From the human T2T-CHM13v2.0 reference genome, Homo sapiens: DNA of 64,000 nt. The DNA lies in assembly GCF_009914755.1 (NCBI RefSeq), contig NC_060925.1; one strand, 5' to 3'. Made by a program: the position numbers and the translations under genes. Below are positions 14,991-26,925 of the stretch, in pieces. Every line of letters starts with the position of its first letter. Position 1 is the stretch's first letter. The notes beneath the pieces are model-generated. The model did not search any database, was not told where the DNA came from, and was given only the letters and a program-made list of their open reading frames with translations.

Positions 14991-16064
14991 TCATCCTCTG
15001 CCTCCCAAATTGTCAGAGATGCTTTTTATTCCCTCTTTATTATTTTACAATTAATCGTAGTAACAATCAATTGAATATTACCACAATTATGAGAATGTTT
15101 CAATTAAGTAAGTTTGACTGTAAATTATATATCCAGAGGTCTGGATTTATATTTTTAGGAAAAAACTCCACAATACTGAATGGCTTTATCTAAATTTAGC
15201 TTGCATTTTAAATCATATTTTTAACCACTCTGGGGATCCTAATAAAACACAAAGCATTTTAACATCTTATTGGTTTAAATTAACTAAGTATACTAATGAT
15301 AACACATACCTATCAATTATATTTCATAGTTAAATCTTGAGAGAAATAAGCTTCAAATAAGTATTTTGAAAGGTTAATGCTAGGGTCTAATGTTACAATA
15401 TATCTAAAATATTTCTGTGTTAATCTTACAATTTTAGAAAATCTCTAGTATGTTTAAGCTTAAAATGTTCTGGTTGTTATCACTTTTTTAGGCTCACAGA
15501 AGGGAGGCAGGCACAGATGGAAAAACGTAAGTTACTTACCCTTTTGGTCTGAAAAACACTGCAAACAGTAATCATACTTTTAGAGCATCAAATACGGGGC
15601 TGGAGCCTGGGCTGTGATAGAAATAACTTCGTCTTTTCTAATAACATGACCTTAACAGAACAGACAATGGAGACAGAGGGAAAAGCAGCAGCCAGAAATT
15701 CTTGTAAAGGTTCCAGAAGGTGAACCATGCTTTTTGGTTTTTCACCTATGTCATGCTGATATTAAGCAGTCAGATTATATAGTATTTTTGTCCCTTCCTC
15801 AGGGAAGCCTTCTCTGGTTACCCCTTAGATCAGTAGAGGTCACAAAGATATACTATCATGGAATGGTATGGTTCTCCTTCACAGCACTTATAACTCCCAT
15901 TACAGACTATTTTTGTAATTGTTTAATGTGCCCTCCACGTGATTACCATGCTTACCACTGCATCCTTAGCTTCTACCACAGTGATTGGCCCCTATTAGAC
16001 AATTAAAATATTTGTTGAACTGAATTGAATAAAGCTTTGGGGGGCACAGAGCAGCTGCTATGGT

Positions 16065-16376
16065 TTTTGTTTGTTTTTGTTGTTGTCGTTTTTGAGAGGG
16101 AGTCTCCTTCTGTTGGCCAGGATGGAGTGCGGTGGCGCAATCTCTTGGCTCACTGCAACCTCCGCCTCCCGGGTTCAAGCGATTCTCCTGCCTCAGCCTC
16201 CTGAGTAGCTGGGACCACAGGCACACACAACCACGCTCGGCTAATTTTTGTATTTTTATTAGAGACATGGTTTCACCATGTTGGCCAGGCTGATCTCAAA
16301 CTCCTGATCTCAAGTGATCCGCCCGCCTCGGCCTACCAAAGTGGTAGGATTACAGGCGTGAGCCACCGCGCCTGGC
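16065..16376 (-). mobile_element. AluS
   Basis: Antisense Alu dimer with gctgctatg flanks. Confidence 0.93.
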
Positions 16377-16683
16377 TGCTATGCTGTTTTGCTTCTTTGG
16401 TATCGTGTAGCACATTCAGTACAAGTGATGTCCTCCGCTCTCAATAAGTGCTTCCTAAAGAACTCACATTTCACCCATTCAGAACCTTGCATGGTGTAGT
16501 AGCTGAAGTTACTACTTCAAGGACTCCTTCTCTTTATCTTGGGTAGAGAGGAACAATGTGAACTCAGCAAAGGGATCATGAAAACAGATTTTCTCTTATG
16601 TTACTTGTAGAAAGCTTTTAGATTTATCATTGAAAATTGCGAATTTTGAACCATATCCATTTTGACTTAATTGTATTTTAAAA

Positions 16684-16868
16684 CAGTGGTTCTCAAAAAA
16701 GTGTGGTTCCGGGACCAACATCATCAGCATCGTGGGAACTTGTTAGAAACACAAATCCTTGGGCCTCACCACTGAACTAATGACTTAGAACAGGGGTTGG
16801 ACTGGGGAATTCTGTGTTTTAACAAGTCCTCCAGGTGATTCTGACGCATGCCAGTTTGAGAATCACTT
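16684..16868. mobile_element. MER5A DNA transposon
   Basis: Terminal inverted repeats cagtggttctcaaa ... tttgagaatcact. Confidence 0.85.
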
Positions 16869-17079
16869 TTTTAAACCAATGTTTAAGTCCAATCTAACCT
16901 ACTTAACTATTAACAGTCTACCTGGCTATCTACCTGTGGTAGTGTAGTATGTAACAGCCCACAGCACACATGCTCAATTCCAAGCCTATCTGCTCTCCGC
17001 AATCAGTATATTCCTCCTGCAATTTATCATGGTATGAAAGGCCCAGTGATACACATATTTGGTCATTTTCAAATAGTGC

Positions 17080-17358
17080 CTGCCAGCATAGTGGCTCACA
17101 CCAGTCATCCCAGCACTTTGGTAGGGTGAGGCGAGATGATCATTTGAGCTCAGGAGTTTGAGAACAGCCCGGACAACATGGCGAAACCCCATTTCTACAA
17201 AAAAAAAAAAAAAATTAGCCAGCGGTAGTGGCGTGCTACTTGGGAGGCTGAGGTGGGAGGATCCCCTGACCCCTGGAAAGTGGAGACTGCAGTGAGCCAT
17301 GACTGCACCACTGCACTCCAGTCTGGGCGACAGAGACAGACCCTGTCTGAAAAAAAAG
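17080..17358 (+). mobile_element. AluJ
   Basis: Alu dimer with TSD aaa(t/a)agtgcc. Confidence 0.88.
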
Positions 17359-17699
17359 TGCCCTTCACAGAAGCTTCCTCAGGGTATTAGCATGAGCATG
17401 TGAAAGTACAGTATGTTTATCAAACACATAAAATAAGCAGTTATAAATAACGTCAGAATAACACAAGGAGGCCAATTATCAAAATGAAAGGCTAGTTTTG
17501 CATGCTGTGCTTTGCGGAGAGAAGGAAGAGGGAGTTTTCATGTTATTACACTTTTGATAGCAGAATCCTATATTTTGGTGCAGAGGTGGCAAAATAAGGC
17601 GGGGGGTGCTGGTGCGCAGAAGCTGACAAGGTTAGAATGTGCAGCGTTTTTACGACGGACTGGCTTTACTCATTTCCTGCCTCACTTCTCTCCTATCTG

Positions 17700-18640
17700 T
17701 ATAGGTTTTTCTTTTCGTCCTCCTCTACCAGTACGCTCCCGCCTGCCGCGCTCCGCCCTTGTGCGGCGCACGATCGGAGTCAGTGATTAAGCCGGCTCCA
17801 AGACAAAGCGGAGGCCGAGCCCAGGAAGCAAGCGCGCTCTCCGCCCCGCCTGGAGGGAGGGCCCAACCACAGCACAGCCGCGCTCACTCCTCACCCGGAC
17901 GTGACCTAGTTCTCACAGAGGCCCGGCCTCTTCCGCCACAACTCCGGCCCGCGGTCCCGCCCCGTTCCGTGAATGGTCGGCCGGCCTCAGGTCAAAAAAG
18001 CGTTTAGGTGTCTGCGACGGAGCCTCCGGAGAAAGGCAAGCACGTCGCAGCCAATGAGGTGATAGAAACGCAAAGCAGCGACCAATGACTAGCTGAGTTG
18101 GGCTGGGCCGGCCGACGAATCACGAGGCTTCGCACCCGGATATGGTTATGGGCTCGGAAATCTAGTTCGGGAAAAGTGTGAGGGGCTCTTCACGTGGGGA
18201 AGGAACAGCAGGCGCGGAGGAGGGGGCAAGCGTGTGTGAGATTCAGTGGTCCATGCGTGCGTTTGTCGTGTAAGGGTCATTCCTGGGGTTTGGAGTGGGG
18301 GAACAAATCAATGTGGCTGTTTTTCCGTGGAAAGAATTCCCACTGCAGTGTCCCGGAGCCTGCGTGTGGTGGGCAAGCTCCTCAAATGGTATCTCACAGG
18401 GAATAGGGGAGTCTTGAAAACGCAGCTTCGGCAGTAGGAACATGAACCTCTTACCTAAAAGTTCCAGGGAGTTTGGCTCCGTTGACTATTGGGAGAAGTT
18501 CTTCCAGCAGCGAGGAAAGAAAGCTTTCGAGTGGTATGGAACCTACCTGGAACTGTGCGGGGTGCTACATAAATATATCAAGCCCAGGGAAAAGGTGAGG
18601 AGCGCGGGTTGGTAGCCCTTCGTACGTGCTCCGGAAGGTG
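17700..18640 (+). promoter_or_regulatory. METTL13: METTL13 CpG-island promoter: GC boxes, tandem CCAAT boxes (18051-18055, 18082-18086), E-box CACGTG (18191-18196)
   Basis: Dense CpG, repeated CCGCCC, two CCAATGA 31 bp apart, no TATA box, directly upstream of exon 1. Confidence 0.85.
18442..18594 (+). CDS. METTL13: METTL13 coding exon 1 (MNLLPKSSREFGSVDYWEKFF...PREK, 51 aa)
   Basis: ATG with A at -3; donor AAG|gtgagg; recognised N-terminus. Confidence 0.97.
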
Positions 18641-18762
18641 GGAACTGGTAACAGGAATCTTGCACTTGGTGGACAGTGACAGGCGGGAGGACCCTAGTTG
18701 GACGCATATTTCAGCATTTCCTGCATTGTTCCTGCTAAAAGACAAACTAGAATATTCTTTCA

Positions 18763-19050
<288 letters not shown>

Positions 19051-19389
19051 ACATTTCTTTAAAGGTTTTCAGATAATAGACCTCCCACCCCAGCTCATTC
19101 TTGGATTAATAACCCTACTTGAAGAGTGACTTCCCATCTTGAAAGTATGTTCTTCTGTCACTGTGCATTCCTGTGCAACCTGCAGCAGGTGTGACTTTGT
19201 GTATGAATTTGTTTTTCAAATAGTCGTTGAGTGCGCCCCAAGTTTCAGGCACTGCTCAGTCCTTAAACTATAAGAGCATTAAGACGTAAACCCTGCACAT
19301 GTTCCAGAAGTGAAACGTGATAAGTACAACAATGGGTTTGGTATAGGTGAGATTGTACTGGAGGTAGGGAAGGAGGAAGGTAGAAAACT

Positions 19390-19640
19390 TAACATTTGTG
19401 GGGAAGCTTTATGTGCCAAGCCTTATGTTGGGTGCTGTGTATGTGCATGTGCAATCTTTGAATTCTCATCATAAATTCAGGTGAGTGGCCATGCATACAT
19501 TTTACAGATGAGGAAACTGAGGCCCCGAGAGCCACTTTTTTTTTTTTTTTTGCCCAAGATCATGTCCAGGTGGTCATGTGGGGATTTAAACTCAGGCCTG
19601 TCTGGCTCCAGAGCATATGCACATCTCTTTGTACCATGCT
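19390..19640 (-). mobile_element. MIR
   Basis: Core cattttacagatgaggaaactgaggc; gatttaaactcaggcctgtctggctccagagc. Confidence 0.75.
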
Positions 19641-20213
19641 TTTCCAAAGATGGCAATATCAGAATTTCTAAGTTTGAATGGGAGATTGCTCCCTGGAGAG
19701 GGAGACAACAATCTGAATTTTAAGTTCGGCTTCAGAAGATAGCCAAATATCATGAGATGGAATCCGTGATGGAAGTAAGATTTGAATCCTCACAAAGTGT
19801 ACTTTATTGTCTAAAGGAGCCAAAGGCATGAGTAGAGTGAGGAAATAGGGTTATTCCTGGCCTAGGATTTCAACTGTAACTCTATATTTGGATTCTCTGA
19901 CTTCCTATTAATTCCTGAGTAATAAGTGCATGATTTAGAGAAAAGAACAGTTATGATTAATTTGTTTCTGCAACACAAAGCCCATTCTCATATAACCTGT
20001 ATTGTAGCTGAATGTGGTTTTCACTAGCAAGTATATGTGGTGTTTCAAGATAGAGTCTAGCATCAACTCTACAATGTCGCTCTTTCTCTGGCAGTAGCGT
20101 CTCCACCTTCTGAAAATGTGACTCAGCCAAGGTGAGACTTGATTCCTTGAAGTACCTGAAGTACAGTCCTTTGCTTTGATTACCTCCCTCTTGTCTGTGA
20201 ATTTTTTCTCCAG

Positions 20214-20973
20214 GTGCTGGTGATTGGGTGTGGCAACTCAGAACTGAGTGAGCAACTGTATGATGTGGGCTATCGGGATATAGTGAACATCGACATCAGT
20301 GAGGTTGTCATCAAGCAAATGAAGGAATGTAATGCCACCCGACGGCCCCAGATGAGCTTCTTGAAGATGGACATGACGCAGATGGAGTTTCCTGATGCCT
20401 CGTTCCAGGTGGTGTTGGACAAGGGCACCCTGGATGCTGTCCTGACAGATGAGGAAGAGAAGACCTTACAACAGGTGGACAGGATGCTGGCTGAGGTTGG
20501 CCGTGTCCTGCAGGTGGGCGGTCGCTATCTCTGCATCTCCCTGGCTCAGGCTCACATCCTGAAGAAAGCAGTGGGCCACTTCTCCCGGGAGGGGTGGATG
20601 GTGAGGGTGCACCAAGTGGCCAACAGCCAGGACCAGGTGTTGGAAGCAGAGCCTCAGTTCTCCTTGCCTGTCTTTGCCTTCATCATGACCAAGTTCAGGC
20701 CAGTCCCTGGCTCTGCCCTTCAGATCTTTGAGCTGTGTGCTCAGGAGCAGCGCAAGCCTGTGCGGCTGGAGAGTGCCGAGCGGCTGGCCGAGGCGGTGCA
20801 GGAGCGACAGCAGTATGCCTGGCTGTGCAGCCAGCTGCGCCGCAAGGCCAGGCTGGGGAGTGTGTCTCTGGACTTGTGCGATGGGGACACGGGGGAGCCA
20901 CGCTACACCCTCCACGTGGTGGACAGCCCCACTGTGAAACCATCGCGGGACAATCATTTTGCGATTTTCATCA
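20214..20973 (+). CDS. METTL13: METTL13 exon 2 (760 nt): N-terminal 7-beta-strand methyltransferase domain, motif I VIGCGNS, motif DKGTLDA
   Basis: Acceptor ttttttctccag|GTG; donor ATCA|gtgagt; class I SAM-binding motifs. Confidence 0.98.
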
Positions 20974-22352
20974 GTGAGTTGGGATTGCTCCCTCTCTTCC
21001 CTGGAGGGGCTGGCTTACAGGGGCTGGGGCTTGGGCTGGGGCTGGGGCTGAGGCTGGGCTGGGGCTTTGGTGGGATTCTGGACTGTTTTTTGTCTTGCAG
21101 GGGTTTGTACTTCCAGAGGATTAGACTACCCAAGGCATGATGAAAGGAGAGTAATAGCTCTCTAGCAACCTACTTGGAGTTGAGACCTATTCCTTTTCAT
21201 CTGCCATTGCAAAGGCTTGATGAAGTGTGAGAATGGGGTTGGTAGGGAAGAGAGAGAATAGAGATAAATTTAGGAGGTCACATATGATATAGAGATGCTA
21301 GTTACTTTGTAGCATGGAGTAATGGAAGTAATGCTGGACTAGCAAGTCTAAGACATAGGTTCTAGTCCCAGCTGTAGCCTGTGAGCTGCAGGACCTGGGG
21401 AAGTTGCTGTGCTTCTCTGCAAAATTTGGAGAGGCAGCATAGGGTAGCAGCTAAAAAAGTGAGCTCTGGAACCAGACTGTTTGGGTTTCAGTTTTGGCTC
21501 AGTCATTTCCTGATGGTGTGACATTAGACAGGTTACTTTTCTTTCTCTGCCTTGATGGGATTGTAACTCTGGTGTAGTTGTGAGAAGTATAAAAGCTCTT
21601 AGAAATGGTACCTGGCCTTGGAAGTGCTGTGTAAATGTTAGCCATTATTACTGAAAGCAGTAAGTTATATCAGATTTATCTTAATAAGGATAAAAAAGAT
21701 AGTAGGAGGAAGTGCTTTCAAAAGTGGAACATTGTAGACAAATGCAAAGTGTTTATGGTCTTGGTGTTACGGTAATTTGTTTCCTGGTGACTGAGCTAGT
21801 TTTTCAAGTATTCTATAATTCTGTCTGTCCATGTGTGGAAATAAATAGTGCAGTGAATACAAGCGTGGGTAGAGTCTGGGGCTAGACTGCCTGGGTTTGA
21901 GTCCCAGCTTCACCATTTACTTATTGTGCGAAGTTGGGCAAATAGTGTAACTTCTGTTTCTCAGTTTCCTCATATGTAAAAATGGGAATAATACTACTAC
22001 CTGCATCTTGGACTGTTGGAGGATTCCATTAATATATATTTGTCAACAGCTTGGAGTCATGCCTGGCATGGCTTATTTGTGTTGGCATTACTGCTGTTTT
22101 TCTTGTGGTAGGTGTCTGCCTCCTTCCCCTACGGACATGCCCACACTTCTTCTCCACCCTTGGTCCTGCCTTATGTCTGATGGGCTGCTTTGCCCTAGAT
22201 GTTGTGAACTAGAGAATTGTTAGCTCCTCAGTGGGTCACAGTTGGGGAAGATGCTGGTCTTGGACAGGGACTGGCTCCCTGCCGTTTGGGCCATATTGGT
22301 TGTGGGCTTGATCACTTTCCAGGACTCCCTGTAACCAAGTTCTTTTTTCTAG

Positions 22353-22552
22353 TCCCTCAGGGCCGGGAGACCGAGTGGCTCTTTGGCATGGATGAGGGCC
22401 GGAAACAGCTGGCGGCCAGTGCTGGCTTCAGGAGGTTGATTACAGTGGCCCTTCACCGAGGTCAGCAGTATGAAAGCATGGACCACATCCAAGCTGAGCT
22501 GTCGGCTAGAGTCATGGAGCTGGCCCCAGCTGGGATGCCCACCCAGCAGCAG
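22353..22552 (+). CDS. METTL13: METTL13 exon 3
   Basis: ttttttctag|TCCCTCAG ... CAG|gtaaca; frame-consistent (PQGRETEWLFG...). Confidence 0.96.
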
Positions 22553-23129
22553 GTAACAAAGCTTTCGTACGGCTTTCATGGGTCTCTGAAGTCATGTTAG
22601 CAGCCAGGGAGGCAGAGGGAGCCTTGGCAGGAGCTAGGACTAGAGTCTGTGACTCTTCATCTAATCCTGGAGGGGTATCAGCAGCTAAGGGTTAAATGGC
22701 AGGGAAACTGTCCTTTGCCCCAGGCAATGAGAGGAAAGTGAGCACAGTAGCGTCTGTGTCTGGGGGAGCCTCTCAGAGTCCATAGACATGGCAGGATGGA
22801 AATGCTCTACTCATTGCGGGCTTCAGTTCTTCCTAATTTGAGTTGCTCTGACTGTGGATTTCTCCTTCCACACTGGACTTTCTTGGTCATTTTGCTTCTT
22901 AGAACTATCATTATCTGAGGGTATAAATGGAAGAGGGCCAAAACAGCTCAGCACAGTTATCCAGGTATTCACATTGCTGGTCAGGTGTTTTACTGGGAAG
23001 GAAACCGAAGGTTTTTGCCTAAGTGGTGATATGGTATTATCAGTTAACACCAACTGTCTTGTGCTATCCTGGTCACCATGGGTAACGAACAAGTGATTTT
23101 ACTAAAAGAACTTCATGATGAGGAGTTGA

Positions 23130-23360
23130 TCCTTTTTTTTCTTTTTTGAGATAGGGTCTTGCTCTGTTGCCCAGGCTGGACTGGAGTTCAGTGGTGTGAT
23201 CACGGCTCACTGCAGCCTCAGCCTCAACCTCCTGGGTTCAAACCATCCTCCCACCTCAGCCTTTGGTAGTAGCTGGGACTATAGGTGCAAGCCACCATAC
23301 CTGGCTAGTTTTTTTTTTACATTTTTTGTAGAGACAGGGTCTCCCTATGTTGCCCAAGCT
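23130..23360 (-). mobile_element. AluJ (partial), intron 3
   Basis: Antisense Alu. Confidence 0.88.
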
Positions 23361-24208
23361 TTGATCCTTCTTGATAGGTGGGAAAGCAAAGGTATCTAGA
23401 GGCTTGGTGCAAATAGTAACAGATCTGAAAAAAAAGAACCCAGGCTCCTGGGTTCCTGGCCTGTGGTTTTGCCCACTAGGCTGACTCGTGTTTACAGATG
23501 AATGTAAGTTTGATTCTTCCTGGCCAACTTTGGGGTTGATGACCCCTATTTCAAGGAAGCCCAGATCCTCTGAGGAGCTTCATTTGTGGCCTCTCACCAG
23601 TGCCTGAGTCTGCAGGGTCAGGAGATATTGGTGATTATTAACTAGTCTTATAGGTCTTTAAAAAAAGAAATAAAGATAGGGGGAAGGAGTGGGAAAGTTT
23701 AGGGGGAAAGTATATTTTTCTCCTAAGGTTCAGAAAAGTGGGGGAAAAATAGATGAGAATAATCAGGGGAAAGGAATATCTCTCTAGATTTGGAGTGGTT
23801 GTTTCTCCCATGGATTTTGTTATCTTTATTCTTGTGTAGATTCCTTCTCATAATCACAGCCCCTTCCTGAGGGTTCCCTCTAGCTTTTGTTATCCTGGAC
23901 TATTGAGAGTTCTTTTAGGGGTTACTGATGAGAAAAACCCCTAAAAGAACTTGGGGAGAATCAGCTGCATCTCACTAGTTGTTTGGGAGATCTTTATGTG
24001 TCCAGTTGATTTTCAAAAGATGAATTAAACCTTTGAGATCAGTTCAAAGGCTCCAGAAAAGTACTTTAATAGAATGGCAAATCTGTGGAGTAGTTGTTGT
24101 CTAGAACCGTGGTATGGGGATATATACACACAAAAGGGAAGGGGTTATAATTTCTCTTATTTCTTAAATGAGCTGCTGTTTTGACCACATCTCTGGTTGT
24201 ACCTTCAG

Positions 24209-24404
24209 GTCCCCTTTCTGTCTGTGGGTGGGGACATTGGGGTCCGGACCGTTCAGCACCAAGACTGCAGCCCCTTGAGCGGTGACTATGTCATTGAGGA
24301 TGTGCAAGGGGATGACAAGCGATACTTCCGTCGACTGATCTTCCTCAGCAACAGGAATGTGGTGCAGTCCGAAGCCAGGTTGCTGAAGGATGTGTCTCAC
24401 AAAG
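24209..24404 (+). CDS. METTL13: METTL13 exon 4
   Basis: accttcag|GTCCCC ... AAAG|gtgagg; VPFLSVGGDIG...RRLIFLSNRNVVQSEARL. Confidence 0.96.
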
Positions 24405-24824
24405 GTGAGGTGTCATAGGCACAGTGGTGGGACCCAAGTGGCCGTGGCATGGACTAGATTTCTTGGGAGCTTGGCCGAGATGTAGGATGGACCTGGGTGT
24501 CTGTAGGTTCTTAACCATCTGGACTCTTAGGGTGTGAATAGCTATAAGCAGAGTACATTCTGTTCTTGAGCAGAGCCTGGCTCTGAAGTGATAGGGGACG
24601 TGAGTAGTGAAACCAAATACAGTGATAATCACATTAATGTCTTCGGTTTAAAGGCATCTGTTTTGCAGGTGCTCCATATACATCTGTGTATTGTTTCAAT
24701 AGGCCTCTGTGAGGTGAGCCAGAACTATGGAAGTTGCAGGTGAGCCCTGCCCTCCATAGTGTGACTCACCTGTTTCAGAGGGTTTTGGATTGGCGGGTGA
24801 CTTAGAGGCCTTCTAGTATACCAC

Positions 24825-25030
24825 TGTTCAGTAAAACTGCCTGTGATGAAGGAGATGTTTAGTTCCTGAGTTTCTAATGTGGTCGCGACTAGCCATATGT
24901 AGTGCTGAGCGTTTGGAATGTGGCTAGTGTAACTGAGGAACTGAATTTTAATTTTCTTTAATTCTAATTAATTTACATTTATATTTCAACAGCCATAGGG
25001 GGCTAGTGGCTAGTATTGGACAGTGTAGAT
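24825..25030. mobile_element. MER3/MER33-like DNA transposon
   Basis: ctagccatatgtagtgctgagc..tggaatgtggctagtgtaactgaggaactgaatttt. Confidence 0.65.
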
Positions 25031-26380
25031 CTAAACCATCTCTTCTAGGATCCCTTTAAGTGGTCTCCCAGCTGTCACTCAGAAACTCCCCCGATGGGGA
25101 ATCAATAGTTTGTTTTACCTGTGTTAGTTTGTATTTTAAAAGTGATACTTGTTCATTGAAATCACTTCAAAAGTCAAATATAGACCGCGAAAAGTGAATG
25201 CCCCTCACCTCTCCGTCTCCAGTGCATCTTCCCTGTCTGAGGCGCAGAGATTCAAGGATGGAAGCTGAAATGGCTCTCCTGATTCCCAGTTGTTCCCTTT
25301 GCCTGACTGGCCTGCCCTCATAGCAAGGCCATCTGGGAGGAGGGTGGAGACAGAGAATTCAGATGCTTGAGGTCATAGACTGGCTCTGAGCCTAGAATCA
25401 AGTTACCCAGCGAAATGGTATTTTTCTTTAGGGGTTTTCCCTGGCCAAGAGCACCCAAGATTGTTGGGTTTCTGCCCTATTGTTTGGTCACTGTGGCTGC
25501 AGGTTGGTCCAGTTTCATCTCACTAAAATCTCAGTAAAATTGCTTAAAAGAACATTTTGCCCCTTTCAGTTTGGGTTTCAGGTTTTTTCACCATTGTCAT
25601 GTTCCTTGATTTCTTGGTAGCACTTTGTTCTCATGGAAAGAACGTTCTCCCTCATGGGAGTATTGGTGAGCAAGAAGGAGAGCATATTAAAAAGTGATTT
25701 AATATATCTGAAAAGCACCCCGACTCCACTCATCAGCACTTTTTACTGCTGGGGAATGCAGCTGATCCCTATGAAGACACAGCCATCCGTTTAGTATGAT
25801 ACCCTGGAGCAGGGAAGGGAGTGGTGAGAGGGAAAGTGGAGTGGCTTTTTAGGATTTATTTCCTTTTTTGAATACTTGTGATTTCCTTCTTCAGCAAAGG
25901 TTGGTAGTGCTACCTGTGTGGCATAGCAGAAAGATGATAGGTGATGGAGACAGGCAGTCCGAGGATCAACTCCTATCTCTACCATCTGCTGATTCCCTAT
26001 TTACTTAACACTTCAGTGGCTTAGTGTGTTCATGTGCCAAGAATTGGAATGATAAGGTTGTTAGAAGAGCTAAAAAAATAAAAGTTACGGTATAGTAATT
26101 GGCACATAGCAGGTGATTAGTAACTTTACCTTTCTTTAAAAGACTTTATGAGTAATCTTTTCTCCTGTTAGTGGCCTTACATTTCTTAGACGGGAGGTAC
26201 CAGGGCTCCTCAGTTGAGTTTTCCCAGGTTTTTGAGTGTGCATTTGCCATTTCCTTTTCCAGCTTCCTTGTATCCATTGTATATGTTAAATGTTTAATGA
26301 CTATGTCTTTGTGGGGCGGGGTAGGGGGGGCACATCCTAATTTATAGTGTTTATCAGTTCTCTAGTATAAATACCACCAC

Positions 26381-26763
26381 TGTATTTGTTTGTTTTACGT
26401 TGCTTATAAAGGAATACCTGAGACTGGATAATTTGTAAAGAAAAGACTTTTATTTTGGCTTATGGTTCTGCAGACTGTACAAGAAGCATGGTACCAACTT
26501 CTGCATTTGGTGAGGCTTCAGGAAGCTTACAATTATCACAGAAGGTGAAGGGAGACCAGGTACATCACATAGCAAGAGAGGGAGCAAAAGAGATGCCAGG
26601 CTTTTTTCAACAACAGCTCTAGAGTGAGAACTCACTCAATACCATGGGGAAGGCACCCAGCCATTCATGAGGGATCTGCCCCCGTGACCAGCATGGTGGC
26701 TCCGACATTGGGGATCACATTTCAACGTGAGATTTGTAGGGGACAAACATCCAGATGATTTCA
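26381..26763 (-). mobile_element. MSTB-type MaLR solo LTR, intron 4
   Basis: ataaaggaatacctgagactggataattt...ggggacaaacatccagatgatttca. Confidence 0.8.
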
Positions 26764-26925
26764 CTACGGCCAGTTTCAAGCTATCAACATGATGTCAACC
26801 AGTTTGCAAAATTTTAACGATTGGGTCTTTTGAGTGTTCAAGCCATCTGGAGCACACTGCTGCCAGTAACCCTTGCTTCCTGAGGACTAGTGTACTAAGC
26901 ATAGGGCTTCATATCTCTTGTTTAG

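Noticed and set aside
20466-20957. 163-aa antisense ORF over exon 2
   Set aside because: Shadow frame of GC3-rich coding sequence; no independent evidence.
20974-21140. GLGLGLG extension of the exon 2 ORF
   Set aside because: Read-through into intron 2 past a canonical donor; reflects the G-rich repeat.
23924-23935. Hammerhead ribozyme core (CUGAUGA...GAAA) in the intron 3 hairpin loop
   Set aside because: There is no stem II between CUGAUGA and GAAA, the flanking arms pair with each other, and there is no three-way junction or NUH site.
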